A stretch of DNA of 64,000 nucleotides from a virus (Duplodnaviria; Caudoviricetes), in the IMG/VR virus record IMGVR_UViG_3300020577_006271, positions 98,684 to 162,683 of that record. One strand, given 5' to 3'. A model generated the notes under the pieces. The model did no database searches. It was not told the origin of the DNA and saw only the letters and a list, made by a program, of their open reading frames with translations. The position numbers and the translations under genes were made by a program. This document shows positions 29,925-40,446 of the stretch, piece by piece. How positions within the stretch are numbered: position 1 is the first letter of the stretch; every line of letters starts with the position of its first letter.

Positions 29925-30861
29925 AACATACATATCAGACATTTTTAAATTTCAACCAATCGAACTGGCGAAGGATGACAAAATAGTTTCGTATTCACAA
30001 TTTTCTAAATTTAAAACTTGTCCACGGTCATGGTATTTAAATTATGTTAGAAAAATTAAGGATGATAAACCATCTATTTATTTGGTTTTTGGAAATGCAA
30101 TGCACGTTTGTATTCAATATTGGTTAAGAAATTTATTCACTAAAGGTGAAAAATTTACTAACGCATTAGACTGGGCAACTATTCTTAAGAATATTCTTAA
30201 AGACGAATATATGAAGGCTTATAATCAATATAAGTACCATTTTTCAAGTCCAGCTGAACTTACAGAATATTTTTCTGATGGGTTTGAAACTTTTGAATAT
30301 TTGCGTAAAAAACGAAGTTCTTATTTTTCATTAAGAGATACTGAATTGGTTGGGATTGAAATCCCAATAAATTATCCGCCAACTGAAAACCATCAATTTA
30401 GATTTTATGGATTTATAGATTTCGTTTTGTATAATAAATCGGATAAAATTTACACAATTTATGATTTAAAGACTTCGAAGAAAGGTTGGGGAAAATACGA
30501 TAAAGAAAATAAAACAAAGATATCACAAATTATAGCTTATAAAAAATATTTCTCTGAGCAATATCAAGTTCCTGAGCATGCTATCAATGTTGAATATATA
30601 ATCTTGCGCCAAAAGATAGATCCTAACTCCGTGTGGCCAGTAGCAAGGATACAAGAATTTAAACCAACTTCCGGATCCAGAACATTAAAAAGTTTAGATC
30701 TTGATATTAAAAAATTTATAGCTGCAGCATATGGAAAAAATGAATTTGAACAAAGTATTAATGACTTTCCCGCAATTGCAGGGAATAATGGATGGAATTG
30801 TACTTTCTGTCCATATAAAGATCATGAATTATGTAATCCGGCGGATAGAAAATGCGAATAG
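29914..30861 (+). CDS. PD-(D/E)XK Cas4/RecB-like exonuclease
   Basis: SYSQ...CP, FG..MH, GFID, DLKT and C-terminal CTFCPY...C. Confidence 0.85.
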   Translation: MKNETYISDIFKFQPIELAKDDKIVSYSQFSKFKTCPRSWYLNYVRKIKDDKPSIYLVFGNAMHVCIQYWLRNLFTKGEKFTNALDWATILKNILKDEYMKAYNQYKYHFSSPAELTEYFSDGFETFEYLRKKRSSYFSLRDTELVGIEIPINYPPTENHQFRFYGFIDFVLYNKSDKIYTIYDLKTSKKGWGKYDKENKTKISQIIAYKKYFSEQYQVPEHAINVEYIILRQKIDPNSVWPVARIQEFKPTSGSRTLKSLDLDIKKFIAAAYGKNEFEQSINDFPAIAGNNGWNCTFCPYKDHELCNPADRKCE

Positions 30862-31256
30862 GAATAATTTGTTCGGAACCATTCATCAAATTTTCAGATA
30901 TACGAAAAATTATGCGCCGAATTTACGAAGACATCGGACCAACCAATTGTATCATACTAAGTGCTGCCCACAGTCTGGGAGATAACCATGTGAAGATGGA
31001 AGCAATTAAACATGAATTAACCTATCTAGAATACAATCCAGCATATACTGGTAAAAACATGTTTAGCGCAGAAACTCATTCATACTATGCTAATAAAAAT
31101 TGGCATTATAGCCAAATTATGCATCGATATCAACGCCTATTTCAAGCAGCAGACAAATTATTTATCTTTAGAAAAATTAATGATAGTGACAAAACCATCG
31201 ACTCGGCTATCAAATTCATACCAAAAAAATTAAAACATTCCATAATTTACACATGA
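30852..31256 (+). CDS. SLOG/YspA-like protein
   Basis: MRIGII start and SLOG-like spacing; degenerate. Confidence 0.4.
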   Translation: MRIGIICSEPFIKFSDIRKIMRRIYEDIGPTNCIILSAAHSLGDNHVKMEAIKHELTYLEYNPAYTGKNMFSAETHSYYANKNWHYSQIMHRYQRLFQAADKLFIFRKINDSDKTIDSAIKFIPKKLKHSIIYT

Positions 31257-32452
31257 AAATATTATTGCTTTCTGATCATATTAATAAACCAACTGGAGTT
31301 GGAAAGGTATCAAGAAATTTGATAAAATATAGCTCAGCTGAAACTGAATGGGTGCAGTTGGGTGGTGCTTGGACACACGTTGGAGCTCCAGAAGATATTA
31401 ATATTGACGGAGTTAAGTCTGTCAAGGTTTACCCTGCGTATGATTATGGTTCCGAAGCAATGCTTTTAGGAATTTTAGAAATTGAAAAGCCGGATGTTAT
31501 TTTACATTTTACTGATCCAAGATTTTGGATTTGGCTTTATCGGATGGAATTTAGAATTAGAAAAATCATGAAAATTCCGTTAGCATATTATTCAATTTGG
31601 GATAATTACCCAATTCCTAAATTCAATGCGCCATATTATAATAGTTGTGACATGTTGATTGCAATTAATGACATTAGTTATAACATACATCGAAATCTGG
31701 CCCCAAAATCAATGCACAGAAAGGCGCCACATGGTGTTGATACTGATGTTTTCTTCCCAATTAATTGGGCTGAATTGTCAGATTTACGTTCTGAGTTTAG
31801 ATTAGCCCATTCATGTGATCGAGTATTATTTTGGAATAACATCAACATGAAAAGAAAGAATCCATTACAATTAATGGAAGCCTTCGCCGAGTATTATCGA
31901 ACACACGATAACCGATGTTGCTTATTAATGCACACCGATCCATTGGATTCCGCCGGCGCAAATTTAATTTCTGCGAAACATCAATTGTATGATGATTGTA
32001 ATATTGTATTTTCACCTAACAAGGTCTCCGACCAATACATGAACGTACTTTATAATATTTCGGATGGTGTGATATCAATATCATCTAATGAAGGATTTGG
32101 ATTGAGTATTTCTGAAGCTGCTGCAGTTGGGCTTCCTGCAATTGTATTAGATACTGGTGGACTAAAGGACCAAGGACGGCGATATAATTCAATTACAATA
32201 GATCCTAAAGTTCAAATTCTTTCTGGTAGTCAATTGGTACCCTACATATATCAGGATTTCGCATCGACGGCTAGCATTGTTAGTAAATTGAAAATCTGGA
32301 AGATTTTAATTAATAATAAAAAAGCATTAAATCGTATTCCACATCCAAGTTTACATAAGGCTCAGAAAATGGCTTATCAGGTTGAAACTTCATTAATTCA
32401 TTGTGTGGATGCTTTTAGAAATTTACCAAAATCAACAATTACAATTATATGA
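31253..32452 (+). CDS. GT-B (family 4-like) glycosyltransferase
   Basis: PTGVG, PHGVD, NxxRK and NEGFGL...EA. Confidence 0.9.
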   Translation: MKILLLSDHINKPTGVGKVSRNLIKYSSAETEWVQLGGAWTHVGAPEDINIDGVKSVKVYPAYDYGSEAMLLGILEIEKPDVILHFTDPRFWIWLYRMEFRIRKIMKIPLAYYSIWDNYPIPKFNAPYYNSCDMLIAINDISYNIHRNLAPKSMHRKAPHGVDTDVFFPINWAELSDLRSEFRLAHSCDRVLFWNNINMKRKNPLQLMEAFAEYYRTHDNRCCLLMHTDPLDSAGANLISAKHQLYDDCNIVFSPNKVSDQYMNVLYNISDGVISISSNEGFGLSISEAAAVGLPAIVLDTGGLKDQGRRYNSITIDPKVQILSGSQLVPYIYQDFASTASIVSKLKIWKILINNKKALNRIPHPSLHKAQKMAYQVETSLIHCVDAFRNLPKSTITII

Positions 32453-33498
32453 AAATATTAGTAATAGGACCAGCATATTCTATATCCGGATATGGTGAGA
32501 GAACCAGACAACTGATTTATGATTTACAAAAATTATCATATTCAGTAGATATTCAAAGTTCGTCTTGGGGAAATACCATTAATGACGAATTCACATTTGA
32601 TTGTGGGGCATATAATCCAAATCAAACCTATGATGTGGTTTTTTATGTTGGAATGTTAGATGAAGTTCCATTACCACCAATCAATACCAAAAAATATATT
32701 GCTGTTACTGCTGGTATAGAAACTGATACAATGTATGCATTTTCAAATACGGCTGATTTAATCTTAGTATCATCCGAACATTCGAAGTCATTGATACCTG
32801 AATCTAAGGTTTTGCCAGAATCTATTAATGGATTTGCGAAACGTGATAGTAAAACTATCGAACAAAAACGAATATTAATTTCTGGAGCCTGGATTGGCGG
32901 ACAAACTATAGGCGAAGACAGAAAGAACATCCCATATTCTGTATATAAATTGTTGGAAATTATTGGTCAAAGTGCTGACCCAAGTTGTTATGAAATTGTG
33001 TTACATACATCAATGGGTACTTATTCAGAACTTGAACGGTATGAAATAACCAATTTCATAACACACTTAAAGGATAAGACTCAAACTCCAGTTAGAATAG
33101 AATTTCATCATGGCATATTAACACACACCGAATTAACCAATTTATATCATTCGTGCCAATACATGTTTACGTTGACACACGGGGAAGGTTTCGGACGACA
33201 TATAGCTGAATTTATGGCAACTGGTGGACGAATTATAGCCCCTAATTATTCAGGTTACCTAGATTTTGCCAACACTTCGGATAATATTATGTTACCAGTT
33301 AATCTGGTAAATATTCCAACTTCAATGATTAATAAATGGCTATTAAAGGAATCTAAATGGGCAGAAGTAGAAGATACCGCCCTTAAGGAATTAAATTTAG
33401 ATAATCTAGATTACAGTATATCCGAAACTAATATACTAAGTATTGAAGAAAACAATAAAAAATCGTTATCCATACTTTCTGAAATACTAATTATTTAA
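32449..33498 (+). CDS. GT-B glycosyltransferase
   Basis: SGYG, AGIET, DRKN and HGEGFGR..AEF. Confidence 0.85.
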   Translation: MKILVIGPAYSISGYGERTRQLIYDLQKLSYSVDIQSSSWGNTINDEFTFDCGAYNPNQTYDVVFYVGMLDEVPLPPINTKKYIAVTAGIETDTMYAFSNTADLILVSSEHSKSLIPESKVLPESINGFAKRDSKTIEQKRILISGAWIGGQTIGEDRKNIPYSVYKLLEIIGQSADPSCYEIVLHTSMGTYSELERYEITNFITHLKDKTQTPVRIEFHHGILTHTELTNLYHSCQYMFTLTHGEGFGRHIAEFMATGGRIIAPNYSGYLDFANTSDNIMLPVNLVNIPTSMINKWLLKESKWAEVEDTALKELNLDNLDYSISETNILSIEENNKKSLSILSEILII

Positions 33499-33516
33499 AA
33501 ATTAAGGACATAATTT

Positions 33517-34011
33517 ATGAAATTTTTCAACGCTGCATTTCTAAAAAAAATATTATCTCAATATGGAGATTTTAAAATCTTTGTTGATAAAGAATATATT
33601 TCGTTGATAGATAATTTTGATATTAATGGAATACAAGGTACCGGAGTTAAAGCTGATGGGAGAATGGTTAGATTTAATTACATTAATATTGAACATATCA
33701 AAATTGGAGAAGACATGTTGACAAAAGATATGTTAAATCCAGAAGAAAAACCCGAAGATGAAAAAACTAAAAAAGGATCATCGAAACCTGCTGACGAGCC
33801 AGGAGATGCAAAGGAACCTGAGCCTAAAAAAGAAGAAGGGTATGTACCCGGAGCTCGGGTGACTGTATTATCTGAGTGGTTAGGCTTTCGAAAGGGAATT
33901 GTAGAAAGTTCTAATGATCAATTTATTTATGTTCGCATCTTTAATCCAAAAACCGGAAGCTTCAATTTATTTGAAGTAAAAAATTCTGAAATAATTGAGG
34001 AGACATTGTGA
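33517..34011 (+). CDS. Hypothetical protein
   Basis: 164 aa; late-promoter-like ACTAATTAT upstream. Confidence 0.55.
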   Translation: MKFFNAAFLKKILSQYGDFKIFVDKEYISLIDNFDINGIQGTGVKADGRMVRFNYINIEHIKIGEDMLTKDMLNPEEKPEDEKTKKGSSKPADEPGDAKEPEPKKEEGYVPGARVTVLSEWLGFRKGIVESSNDQFIYVRIFNPKTGSFNLFEVKNSEIIEETL

Positions 34012-34427
34012 GTTCAATTGAATTTAAAGTAAGGAATAATATATTAACCGTTATATATTCAACACAGATTGGAAAAACTGTATTACATTCAGAAATTATT
34101 GATGGTCATAAATCATTTGAAACATTAATTAAGCAAGCATTAAACCAAATAAACATTGAACACATTAAAAATTGACAATGCTTGCAACAAATGTAAAGAT
34201 AGTTCGTATGAATTGAAAACTGACCTGGTGGATGTTCCCATAGTGTTGAATATATTGTTGAATTCTGGTATTATATTTGCCGAACAAGCTGAACAAATAA
34301 AAATGTTGAATTCGTTTAACAATAAAAAGACTATACTTAAATTTGGTAAAGAGTCTATTAATGAAATTACCCAAATTTTAATTAAACATCAGTTTTCAAA
34401 ATTTATAATAGTTAAAACAATTCTAAA

Positions 34428-34727
34428 ATGATATATTTAATAATATATGCAGTTATTGCATATGCAATAACTGTGATTGTTACCGAATCATATATTTTTT
34501 CTTGGCTTAGAAGTTTATTAAGTAAGATAAAAATATTGGGGATATTTATTACATGCCAGGTCTGTATTTCGGTCTGGGTTGGTGCATTTTTGTCACATTT
34601 CTGGTTCAGTCCATTGCAATATATTCAAGCTCCAATGTTCCAATTTCCATTATTAATGGATTCACTGTTAACTACCGGCTTGGTACTATTTTTGTATTAT
34701 ATTGAAACATTTTTAACTTCAAAATAA
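34428..34727 (+). CDS. Membrane protein (DUF1360-like)
   Basis: TM helices; C..C.SVW motif. Confidence 0.55.
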   Translation: MIYLIIYAVIAYAITVIVTESYIFSWLRSLLSKIKILGIFITCQVCISVWVGAFLSHFWFSPLQYIQAPMFQFPLLMDSLLTTGLVLFLYYIETFLTSK

Positions 34728-34733
34728 TAAATT

Positions 34734-35288
34734 ATGCCATTATGGTTTAATAAGAAATTGAATTTAACCGAAGATGAAATTAGAACGGTAATGGAAATTG
34801 GCACCAGCCAGGAGAACATGGCACAATTATTAGGAGTTTGTCATGAAACATTCGCAAGATATACTAAAAATATGGTGGATCCAGAAACCGGATTAACTCT
34901 TCAAAAATTGTCAACAATTATAGGAAAACGAAATAAAAAGAAGTTGAAAATGGAAACTAAAAGGCAAAAAACCGAGAATTTCAAGAAAATATCGATATCT
35001 GCTATTTTGGCTGGTAAACATCCAACATATAACCGCACTAAACTTAAAGCCAGATTAATATCCGAAGGGATATTTGAAGAAAAATGTCAAATTTGTGGAT
35101 TTGAAGAACGCCGAATACTTGATTTTCAGGTTCCATTGATATTGTTATTCAAAGATGGAAATAAACAAAACCATCTATTTGAAAATTTAGAATTTTGTTG
35201 TTATAACTGTTTCTTTTTAAATTATAACGATTTAAAAATAAAAACTGATAATTATACGTTGAACCGCTTGTATAAGGTTAATATATGA
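34734..35288 (+). CDS. HNH-like zinc-binding protein with N-terminal HTH
   Basis: CQICG...D...N...NL.F.CYNC. Confidence 0.6.
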   Translation: MPLWFNKKLNLTEDEIRTVMEIGTSQENMAQLLGVCHETFARYTKNMVDPETGLTLQKLSTIIGKRNKKKLKMETKRQKTENFKKISISAILAGKHPTYNRTKLKARLISEGIFEEKCQICGFEERRILDFQVPLILLFKDGNKQNHLFENLEFCCYNCFFLNYNDLKIKTDNYTLNRLYKVNI

Positions 35289-35762
35289 ATTGGATGGAAT
35301 GGATAGGTTCACTTACATTACCAATTACCGAAGACGAATCTAGAACTCTAAATTTTTTCAAAGAACATATTGAAGTTATGCAAAACTTAGAACCAACTAT
35401 AAATTATAAATATTATTTAAATGAAATCAATAAATTATTGTATGAACCCATCAATTGAAGAATTTTTATCACATCATACCGAATTATTTACCGAATATGG
35501 TAAACTTATTTTTTCTGCACATTTACTTGAACAAAATTTATTCAAAATACGAGCAGATATAGCTTTGCTCGAAGAAAAATTAATTAAACAATATGAAACA
35601 AATGACGACGATTTGGGTTCCGGAGGCGACACCCATGAATAGCAAACCATTAATGTATAGTGTAACCAAGCCAGAAGATATTGGATGGAAACCAATCATT
35701 GTTGATGTAGATACATTGGCTGAATGGAGAAACGAACCTGTTAAAGATAAATTATTATTAGG

Positions 35763-36242
35763 ATGAATTGGGAAAAATATAAATCATTAGCAGCAAGAAC
35801 TATGCTCGATCGTGGAAAAGAACATAATTTTCTACACATGAACGCTGGTATAGGCACTGAACTTTTTGAACTTATGGATATATTTAAACGTAATTATGCA
35901 TACGATAAAGATGTTGATCTAATACATGTGTCTGAAGAAATCGGTGATACGTTTTGGTATGAAGCAAACCGCGAAAGATTATTTCCGGAATTAACATTTG
36001 ATGTTAAAGAATATCAATTCAATTCTATAGAAGATATTATGTACAGTATTATTGATTTTAATATAATGGAAGGTTCGGCAACTCCATTATTAATGGCCAT
36101 GATAGATTATTTTGAATTAGATTTAGATCTTATTTTAACTAAGAATATAAAAAAATTAAAGGGTCGATTTCCTGATAAATTTAATACAGTCGACGCATTA
36201 AACAGAAATTTAGATAACGAACGCAAAATATTAGAATCATAA
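35763..36242 (+). CDS. MazG-like nucleotide pyrophosphohydrolase
   Basis: E..EL.D..K...EEIGD.FWY and N..KL..RFP. Confidence 0.8.
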   Translation: MNWEKYKSLAARTMLDRGKEHNFLHMNAGIGTELFELMDIFKRNYAYDKDVDLIHVSEEIGDTFWYEANRERLFPELTFDVKEYQFNSIEDIMYSIIDFNIMEGSATPLLMAMIDYFELDLDLILTKNIKKLKGRFPDKFNTVDALNRNLDNERKILES

Positions 36243-36829
36243 TGGAATTTACCAACTCATATTCGAATTTAGTACAAACCATATTATTCTCCGGTTATGA
36301 TTACCCAGATCCAAACCGGTCAGGAATATTTAGAAAGGAAGTATTCCCAGCGGTTATAGTACATGACATGCAAGGATCCTTTCCATTGTTGGCATCCAAA
36401 AAAATATTCACTAGGGGAGTATTTTATGAATTGAAATGGATGTTATTAGGTAGAACCGATTTAAATTTCTTAAGAGATCATGGAATAAAAAATATCTGGG
36501 ACAAGGATGCCTATAACCACGCGTTAAGAAATAAATTCCATGGTACTATGGAAGAATTTCTGTCGGATGTTGATAATGGAAATGTATTTTCTTTGGGGCC
36601 GATTTACGGAAAACAGATGCGGAATTGGAACGGTACCGACCAATTGTTAACCGTAGTAAATAAATTGTTAGATCCAAAACAACGATATTCAAGTGAGCTT
36701 ATTATAAGTTCCTGGAACGTTTCAGATTTAAATATTATTGATTACCGATCTGACGATGTATTATATCAAGCATATTTAAATGAAATTAAATGGAATGTAC
36801 CTGAAGACAACGATATCGTGATTAAATAA
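36242..36829 (+). CDS. thyA: Thymidylate synthase, N-terminal half
   Basis: FPLL..KK, ELKWML.G, IW, LGPIYGKQ.R and SSWN. Confidence 0.9.
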   Translation: MEFTNSYSNLVQTILFSGYDYPDPNRSGIFRKEVFPAVIVHDMQGSFPLLASKKIFTRGVFYELKWMLLGRTDLNFLRDHGIKNIWDKDAYNHALRNKFHGTMEEFLSDVDNGNVFSLGPIYGKQMRNWNGTDQLLTVVNKLLDPKQRYSSELIISSWNVSDLNIIDYRSDDVLYQAYLNEIKWNVPEDNDIVIK

Positions 36830-36836
36830 CATTATA

Positions 36837-36883
36837 TTTCTCCATTACTTACTATATATTAAATATAATAAACAATGGAGAAA
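36837..36883 (+). promoter_or_regulatory. Late promoter enclosed in a translation-repressing hairpin
   Basis: TTTCTCCATT (36837-46) / AATGGAGAAA (36874-83) flank ACTATATATTAAAT just upstream of the HNH start. Confidence 0.6.
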
Positions 36884-36887
36884 ATTA

Positions 36888-37592
36888 ATGAATTATGAAA
36901 AAATCTACAATCAAATTATTGAACGAGCAAAGACGCGAGCATTGCAAGGTTATGGCGAAAATCATCATATTATACCAAAATGTTTAAATGGCACTAATCA
37001 TCCGGAAAATATAGCAAGATTAACCGCCAGGGAACATTTTTTAGCACATTGGCTTCTACATGAAATGTATCCAAATAATTCCGATTTACGATATGCGTTT
37101 TGGTGTATGTTTAGGAATTCAATCGGCCAGGAACGATATGTGCCATCTTCAAGAGTGTATGAATACGCTAAGATTAAGATGATTGAAGTTTGGCATAAAA
37201 TAAAGAAAACTCCGGCTGAAATAGAATCACTTAAAAAAAGATTTACTGGCACAAAATGGTATCACAATTTAGATGGTTTTAATTTTAGGGTGTTTGATGA
37301 TGATACGCGTATATTAACTGAAGGCTGGATTCCTGGTAGATTTGATGGCAAAACTATATCGAAACATGCTAATAATATAAAAGAACTTCAATATGCTGAA
37401 GGGAAACGCAGACCTGAAACGTCTAATAAAAAATGTTCAATTGATGGTAAACTGTTTGATTCGGCAAGTGAAGCCGCAAGGGAACTCGGTATAAACCAAT
37501 ATACTTTAAGATGGATTTTACAAGGCAGATTTTCGCCAAAACAAAAAGAAAAATACAAAAATTGGTATTACATAATTAATAAAAATGTTTAA
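36888..37592 (+). CDS. Free-standing HNH homing endonuclease (MobE-like)
   Basis: MNYEKIY...ENHHIIP.C..G....N...LTAREHFLAHWLL; C-terminal NUMOD1-like HTH. Confidence 0.9.
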   Translation: MNYEKIYNQIIERAKTRALQGYGENHHIIPKCLNGTNHPENIARLTAREHFLAHWLLHEMYPNNSDLRYAFWCMFRNSIGQERYVPSSRVYEYAKIKMIEVWHKIKKTPAEIESLKKRFTGTKWYHNLDGFNFRVFDDDTRILTEGWIPGRFDGKTISKHANNIKELQYAEGKRRPETSNKKCSIDGKLFDSASEAARELGINQYTLRWILQGRFSPKQKEKYKNWYYIINKNV

Positions 37593-38142
37593 CATGAATG
37601 AAATATTATCTAAAGAAGAATTCTTAGAAAAGTTAAAAACCGACAATAAATTTAATGCTAAATATGGAAGAAAGCATAAATATAAGGTAGCTCTTCATCC
37701 TTGTCATCATGAGATACAATTTAATTGCCGCCCAGGACAAAACGGAGAACATTATTTAGATCTACAATTTTCAATGCGCTCATCTGACGTTATATTGGGT
37801 CTTCCTTGGAATTTTGCATTTTATGGAATGATGCTTGAAATAATTGCTAATATTACAAATCTAATACCAGGTAAATTAACTTATTTTGGTAAGAAGGTGC
37901 ACTTGTATGACAACCAGTTTGATGCTGCCAAAGAACTCATTAACCGGACCAGCCATCGTCGCGATTTAATGTGTGAACCAAAAGCTGAAGTATATATAGA
38001 TGCAGAGCTTAAATGTGAATCATATGATTCTGCGAGTTTAACACAATTAATTAATAGTTTAAATTTAGATACTATCAAATTTTCAAATTATAAAAATTTA
38101 GGCGACCTAGAAAACCAGCCGACAATGCTAGCATATAGTTAA
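37585..38142 (+). CDS. thyA: Thymidylate synthase, C-terminal catalytic half
   Basis: ALHPCH, RSSD..LGLPWN and HLYDNQ. Confidence 0.9.
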   Translation: MFNMNEILSKEEFLEKLKTDNKFNAKYGRKHKYKVALHPCHHEIQFNCRPGQNGEHYLDLQFSMRSSDVILGLPWNFAFYGMMLEIIANITNLIPGKLTYFGKKVHLYDNQFDAAKELINRTSHRRDLMCEPKAEVYIDAELKCESYDSASLTQLINSLNLDTIKFSNYKNLGDLENQPTMLAYS

Positions 38143-38198
38143 CAATCTGTTAAATATTATTTTTTAATTGGTAATATCAACTTATCATTGTATATTTG
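38137..38198 (+). promoter_or_regulatory. TGTTAA-box / TAnnTTTG promoter
   Basis: AGTTAA 38137, TGTTAA 38148, TATATTTG 38191. Confidence 0.7.
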
Positions 38199-38221
38199 TG
38201 ATGTAATTAAAAAATAATATA

Positions 38222-38512
38222 ATGACAATATCAGAATTAACTCCAGGTTTTGTATTTTATACAGCAACGATTACTGGTTTTAATTGGTATGAGTATGTAG
38301 CTCCAATGCCAGTTAAACCGTTGACATCCCAAAATAAGTATTTTATCTTAATTGATAAACAAACTGAACGACCAATTCGTATGTATCACGTTGAATTACA
38401 ACGTTTATTGGATCAAAATTTGTTTACATTGAAAGGTTGCTTAAAAAGACAGCTTGAGTTAGCAAAAGATTGGGTTAGTTTTTTAGAGTCTGAAATTAAT
38501 AAACATGAGTAA
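38222..38512 (+). CDS. Hypothetical protein
   Basis: 96 aa ORF after the promoter. Confidence 0.55.
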   Translation: MTISELTPGFVFYTATITGFNWYEYVAPMPVKPLTSQNKYFILIDKQTERPIRMYHVELQRLLDQNLFTLKGCLKRQLELAKDWVSFLESEINKHE

Positions 38513-39200
38513 ATTATTTATCACAAGCGACACACATTTTTATCACAAGAATATAACGACCGGACTTTCCGACTGGACCGATGGTGGCCAACGAGATTTT
38601 CCAGATGAAATTAGTATGACAACCCACTTAATTAATAATATCAATGCCCAAGCAGGCAAAGATGATATTATTAGGCACGGCGGTGATTGGTCATTTGGTG
38701 GGATTAATATGTTTGTTGAAGCTAGACTTCGTATTATATGCGATGACATTCGTATTTCATTTGGTAATCATGATCATTTGTTAATGCAAAATAGGCCAAT
38801 ACCACCACAGTATAGAGATGAATGTCAAGATAGATTTGGGTTTAAATGCCATAAATTGCAGGACTTGTTCACGCAAGTTACTTTAAAACAATCATTTAAA
38901 ATTAACGGTATTCCTGCTACTCTTTCACATTATGCCGAGCGAGTGTGGGATAAATCACACGACAAAGCTATACAATTGCATGGTCATAGTCATGCCGGGT
39001 TGGAACGTATAGAACAATATTTTGGGCATAATCCTGGAGGTTTGCATCCAATTAATGAGTTCTATAATAAATATAGGACACTCGATGCAGGCATCGACAA
39101 TGCATTTAGAATTAAAGGTGAATATGTAATGTTTACCGAAGATGATATATATGAAATTTTGAGCCCACGACCATCTCTTACATTATTAGATCACCATTAA
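38505..39200 (+). CDS. Calcineurin-like metallophosphoesterase
   Basis: SDTHF.H, GD, GNHD and LHGHSH. Confidence 0.9.
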   Translation: MSKLFITSDTHFYHKNITTGLSDWTDGGQRDFPDEISMTTHLINNINAQAGKDDIIRHGGDWSFGGINMFVEARLRIICDDIRISFGNHDHLLMQNRPIPPQYRDECQDRFGFKCHKLQDLFTQVTLKQSFKINGIPATLSHYAERVWDKSHDKAIQLHGHSHAGLERIEQYFGHNPGGLHPINEFYNKYRTLDAGIDNAFRIKGEYVMFTEDDIYEILSPRPSLTLLDHH

Positions 39201-39590
39201 ACTTTTTAAGATGGGTAAACATGAATTTTTATTTTGGACCAAACTAATATTTAAATACCTGATATTAGGTATGGTCACATGGTGGACTTCTAATCATATA
39301 CATCCTATATTCCTATATATAGGATTTATGATAGCAGTGTATATGATTAACGATGACCTAATAGGCCCCAATTCAGAGTCTGGAATTAGCAATATTTATT
39401 CTTAATCTAAACCCATAGCATTGAAAGTAACTTTCTTTGGTAAATCAACCATTTATTGGTGTGTTAATCTGCTTATATTATATCTGGTTTGGCCAGATAA
39501 CTTCGTAAAGGTCTTTACAGTAATGTATGCAGTATGCCTTATATGTTTAAGTCTGTTAATTTATTTTGTAATATTTAAAAATCATTTAAA

Positions 39591-39932
39591 ATGAAAAAAT
39601 TTTTAATTTTTTCTCTATTTTCTCTTTTTTCTCTTCTTTTTGTTGGGTGTGAAGCTGTCGAACCCCTTAGTTATGGAGTTAAATACGATCCTTGTTCTTC
39701 AACCTTGTCTCGCGATAATCTAACTGTTGTGTATGGCAAATTTAATATGTGTGGAGCTTGCTGTGAAGTATCGGACTTTCCATCAACACCGCAGGTTTTA
39801 AAGATTTTGTCAGCCAACTCCGAATATTTTAGGGTGTCCGCTGGCATTGCACCTAACGTATGGTGCTATGAGCAGGTTTGCCTTGCAGAAATGTTCAAGT
39901 TACCGAAAATGTTTTGGCAAACCTGCTCATAG
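39591..39932 (+). pseudogene. N-terminal part of an SPFH/band-7 lipoprotein interrupted by an 800-bp insertion
   Basis: Lipobox FVGC; the frame rejoins ORF 40604-41287 if 39825-40624 (bounded by a TCCGAA direct repeat) is removed. Confidence 0.7.
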
Positions 39933-39944
39933 CACGTGTTATAG
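39851..39944 (+). repeat. attC-like site 1
   Basis: ACCTAAC...GTTATAG ends; perfect 20-bp inverted repeat 39863-82 / 39916-35. Confidence 0.75.
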
Positions 39945-39994
39945 CCAGTACGGTTTATTTAATTTAGAAATATTTATATATAAACATAAACAAA

Positions 39995-40423
39995 ATGAGC
40001 AAAGAAATACGAGATATGATTGATAAGGTTAAATCATTCAATCAATTTGTAAATGAAAATATAAAACGAGATGTTTATATTTATCATGGAACAGGTAAAG
40101 GACAAGCATTAAATATTCAAAGAGATGGTTATATGAAACCTAATAGAACTGGTGAAGAACAACCATCAATTAGTTTTACAAACGATTTAGATTATGCTAA
40201 ATACTATGCTAAATCAAAAGGTGGAATTAGTAAAATGTGTATTTTGAGAACAAAATTAACTGATGATTATCAACTATCACCACGAATAGTAAATAATAAA
40301 GGTGATGAATACATTACGTTCAAGAATGTACCTTCATCAGATTTGGAAGTAATGACTATGGATGGTGGTTGGCAACCATTAGATAGTTGGAATGTAATCT
40401 TTGATGAACCACAAAATGCTTAA
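39995..40423 (+). CDS. ADP-ribosyltransferase-fold (H-S-E / Tpt1-like) protein, cassette-borne
   Basis: YIYHGT...I..DG..P, SISFT.D...A..YA and EYI. Confidence 0.65.
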   Translation: MSKEIRDMIDKVKSFNQFVNENIKRDVYIYHGTGKGQALNIQRDGYMKPNRTGEEQPSISFTNDLDYAKYYAKSKGGISKMCILRTKLTDDYQLSPRIVNNKGDEYITFKNVPSSDLEVMTMDGGWQPLDSWNVIFDEPQNA

Positions 40424-40446
40424 TCGAAGCACTTCCGTAGTATTGG

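Noticed and set aside
36830-37584. Group I intron in thyA, as in T4 td
   Set aside because: Only 58 nt of non-coding sequence, the HNH gene overlaps the C-half start, and no P7/core elements are visible.
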